NCBI GenBank assembly: GCA_038229115.1
Contig: JBBROQ010000001.1
Location: forward strand, 1-60,519
Direction: 5' to 3'
From: Planctomycetota bacterium
GTDB taxonomy: Bacteria > Planctomycetota > UBA11346
DNA length: 60,519 nucleotides
Shown here in pieces: positions 59,084 through 60,519 of the stretch. The translations under genes were made by a program, and so were the position numbers. Within the stretch, counting starts at the first letter, position 1. The number at the start of each line of letters is the position of its first letter. Under the pieces are notes generated by a model. It worked only from the letters and a program-made list of their open reading frames with translations. It was not told the origin of the DNA and searched no databases.

Positions 59084-60130
59084 TTATTCCGGAGCTTTGA
59101 CCCGAGCCAGAATGCCGATTTTGGCGAAGCGTTGGCGCGCGGCTTCGGCCTCGTCTTTGGTCACGCCTTTGAGCACGGGAATGATGACTTTTTTCGACAG
59201 CGCTTCGGCATCGGCGGTCGACAACTTGCCAAGTTCGGCCAGCACTGGGACCGCTTTGGCGCGCCGCGCCTCGTCACTGATCTTGGCCAGGAACAACGCG
59301 TAACCGCCGCTGGTGACGGCAATGATCGACACCACTTTTGAAGTCGAGTGCAGCGAGCTATTCAGGTTCTGCGTGCCCGCTTTCAGCGCGTCGCGTCCGG
59401 CCGAGGACGGTTCCTCTTCTGGCAACAGCCCATCAAGGATCTTGGCGATATCAGCGTTGTCCGGCACAAAGCCGCCACTGCCATCTTCGACCGGAAACAA
59501 CTGATCCAGCCGCGATCGCACATCATCGTCGGCCGTTGCCGGCACGGTCGGGGACGAAAACGGGGTGATCTCGGGCAGCGTGGCACCGGCGAAAGGTTGG
59601 GTGCCGGCTCGACTTTCCCCCTGTGGAGGGGCGCTTGGCGCGTCGGCGCGCGCTGGCTGCGGCAAGGAACGCGGTGCTTCGGCAACCGGCCGTGGAGGCG
59701 ACGATGGGCGAATGGCCGACACCGCCACCGTCAGGGCCTGGCCGGTGAGGTTGGCGATCAGCAGGCTGATAACGGTGCGCGTGCTGCCGTCGGGGCAGGG
59801 CACGATGGTATTCAAGTCGCTTAAATGATCGGCCAGTTCGCGCTTAAAAATCTGCGGCCGTTTCGGCCAATCGATCTTCGGCAGGTCATCCATATTGGCG
59901 TCGGTAAACTCGATTTGCGCGTTCAGCCGCTTCAGGCCCGAGAGCACCAAGCTCATCGCTGCGGCCTCGTCCAAGGCTAGATCCGGCAGCAGGACAATCG
60001 GCGCGGCTTCCGCGATCGCGACGCAGGTGCCGTCCTTCAGGCTGAAGGCCTTGCCCAAGAACTGCCCAACCGCTTGGCGTGATGCCTCCGGACACGCGCG
60101 CAAAACCAAGGCGAAGGATGCGGCCATCAC
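59084..60130 (-). CDS. hypothetical protein with ribosomal L7/L12 C-terminal-domain-like modules and a Pro-rich linker
   Basis: The C-terminus, VLAELGKLSTADAEALSKKVIIPVLKGVTKDEAEAARQRFAKIGILARVK, resembles the L7/L12 CTD. The N-terminal ~90 aa may have a similar alpha/beta pattern. The middle is Pro/Ala/Ser-rich. Confidence 0.55.
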   Translation of the reverse strand: MMAASFALVLRACPEASRQAVGQFLGKAFSLKDGTCVAIAEAAPIVLLPDLALDEAAAMSLVLSGLKRLNAQIEFTDANMDDLPKIDWPKRPQIFKRELADHLSDLNTIVPCPDGSTRTVISLLIANLTGQALTVAVSAIRPSSPPRPVAEAPRSLPQPARADAPSAPPQGESRAGTQPFAGATLPEITPFSSPTVPATADDDVRSRLDQLFPVEDGSGGFVPDNADIAKILDGLLPEEEPSSAGRDALKAGTQNLNSSLHSTSKVVSIIAVTSGGYALFLAKISDEARRAKAVPVLAELGKLSTADAEALSKKVIIPVLKGVTKDEAEAARQRFAKIGILARVKAPE

Positions 60131-60233
60131 GATGTGCTGAGGCTCCGGTGAGGCCGGTGGGAGTCAATTCCGGCGCGGCCACAATAGCAGCGGCAATGCT
60201 GGCCCTGTGCCGCATTTCGCGCACGCTGCCAAC

Positions 60234-60519
60234 ATGTCCATCACCCGCTGCGCAACGCCTGCCGACGCCGCTGCCGCCCTGGTCGCGTTGCAGGCCGACA
60301 GTGGTTCGGCCCTGTTTCTGTTTTTCGGTTCAGAAGATCCGCAGACCGGCAACAGCTGGTGCGCGGATTGCGTCACCGCCGATCCGGTTCTGCGCCGCGC
60401 CTGCCGCGACCTGCGCCCTGAACTGACGCTGTACGAATGCCCGGTCGGGGTGCGCAGCGCGTGGAAAAATCAGCCCGAGCATCCCTATCGTCAGCATCCC
60501 GCCTGGCGCCTGGCGCGCA
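60234..60519 (+). CDS. DUF953 / TXNDC17-like thioredoxin-fold protein (3' end runs off the window)
   Basis: My manual translation from the ATG at 60234 gives MSITRCATPADAAAALVALQADSGSALFLFFGSEDPQTGNSWCADCVTADPVL... The G.SWC.DC motif is typical of DUF953. Confidence 0.7.
   Translation, partial: MSITRCATPADAAAALVALQADSGSALFLFFGSEDPQTGNSWCADCVTADPVLRRACRDLRPELTLYECPVGVRSAWKNQPEHPYRQHPAWRLAR

Overview
This is 60.5 kb of GC-rich chromosomal DNA (roughly two-thirds GC by eye) from a diderm bacterium. The window has skp-lpxD and an lpxC/fabZ fusion, gyrB, uvrB and rpsB-tsf. A PVC/planctomycete-like origin is only my inference.

Most of the window is ordinary core coding sequence:
- a multi-PAS histidine kinase, cut by the left edge
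- a beta-oxidation cluster (acyl-CoA ligase, thiolase, FadB/J-like enzyme, thioesterase)
- GDPD-glpD
- a TetR-headed DevCBA/MacAB-type tripartite efflux operon
- dapF, uvrB, a Mur-ligase paralogue, an RsmB/F-type methyltransferase and gyrB
- a GH5-like hydrolase, a prenyl diphosphate synthase, pilM, algH and the LPS genes
- a lipoprotein trio, rpsB-tsf, a hybrid kinase plus receiver, purT and tandem hsp20
- a DUF953 thioredoxin-like gene, cut by the right edge

The stand-out feature is a ~12 kb AT-rich mosaic island (17.5-29.4 kb) wedged between the dapF and uvrB stop codons. It carries short orphan ORFs, almost all on the minus strand. It also carries a mazEF-type toxin-antitoxin pair, an EamA transporter, an FkbM-type methyltransferase and decayed genes.

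The island contains at least two families of GC-richer repeats, about 160 nt and about 90 nt long. They sit at ORF boundaries and begin and end with integron-type core sequences (GCCTAAC ... GTTAGGC). One copy ends in a simple-site-like GCCTAAT-AAACT-GTTAGGC. No integrase, transposase or tRNA is visible. I therefore read the island as a candidate integrase-less gene-cassette array (CALIN-like) or another site-specific cassette system. This is unproven and needs attC-model and folding tests.

A GC-rich MBOAT operon is embedded in the island. Its last gene has a diverged, duplicated 3' end that brackets the EamA-mazEF module. A second AT-rich mini-insert of about 0.45 kb (42.5-43.0 kb) has a similar junction sequence. 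I saw no rRNA, tRNA or CRISPR array.
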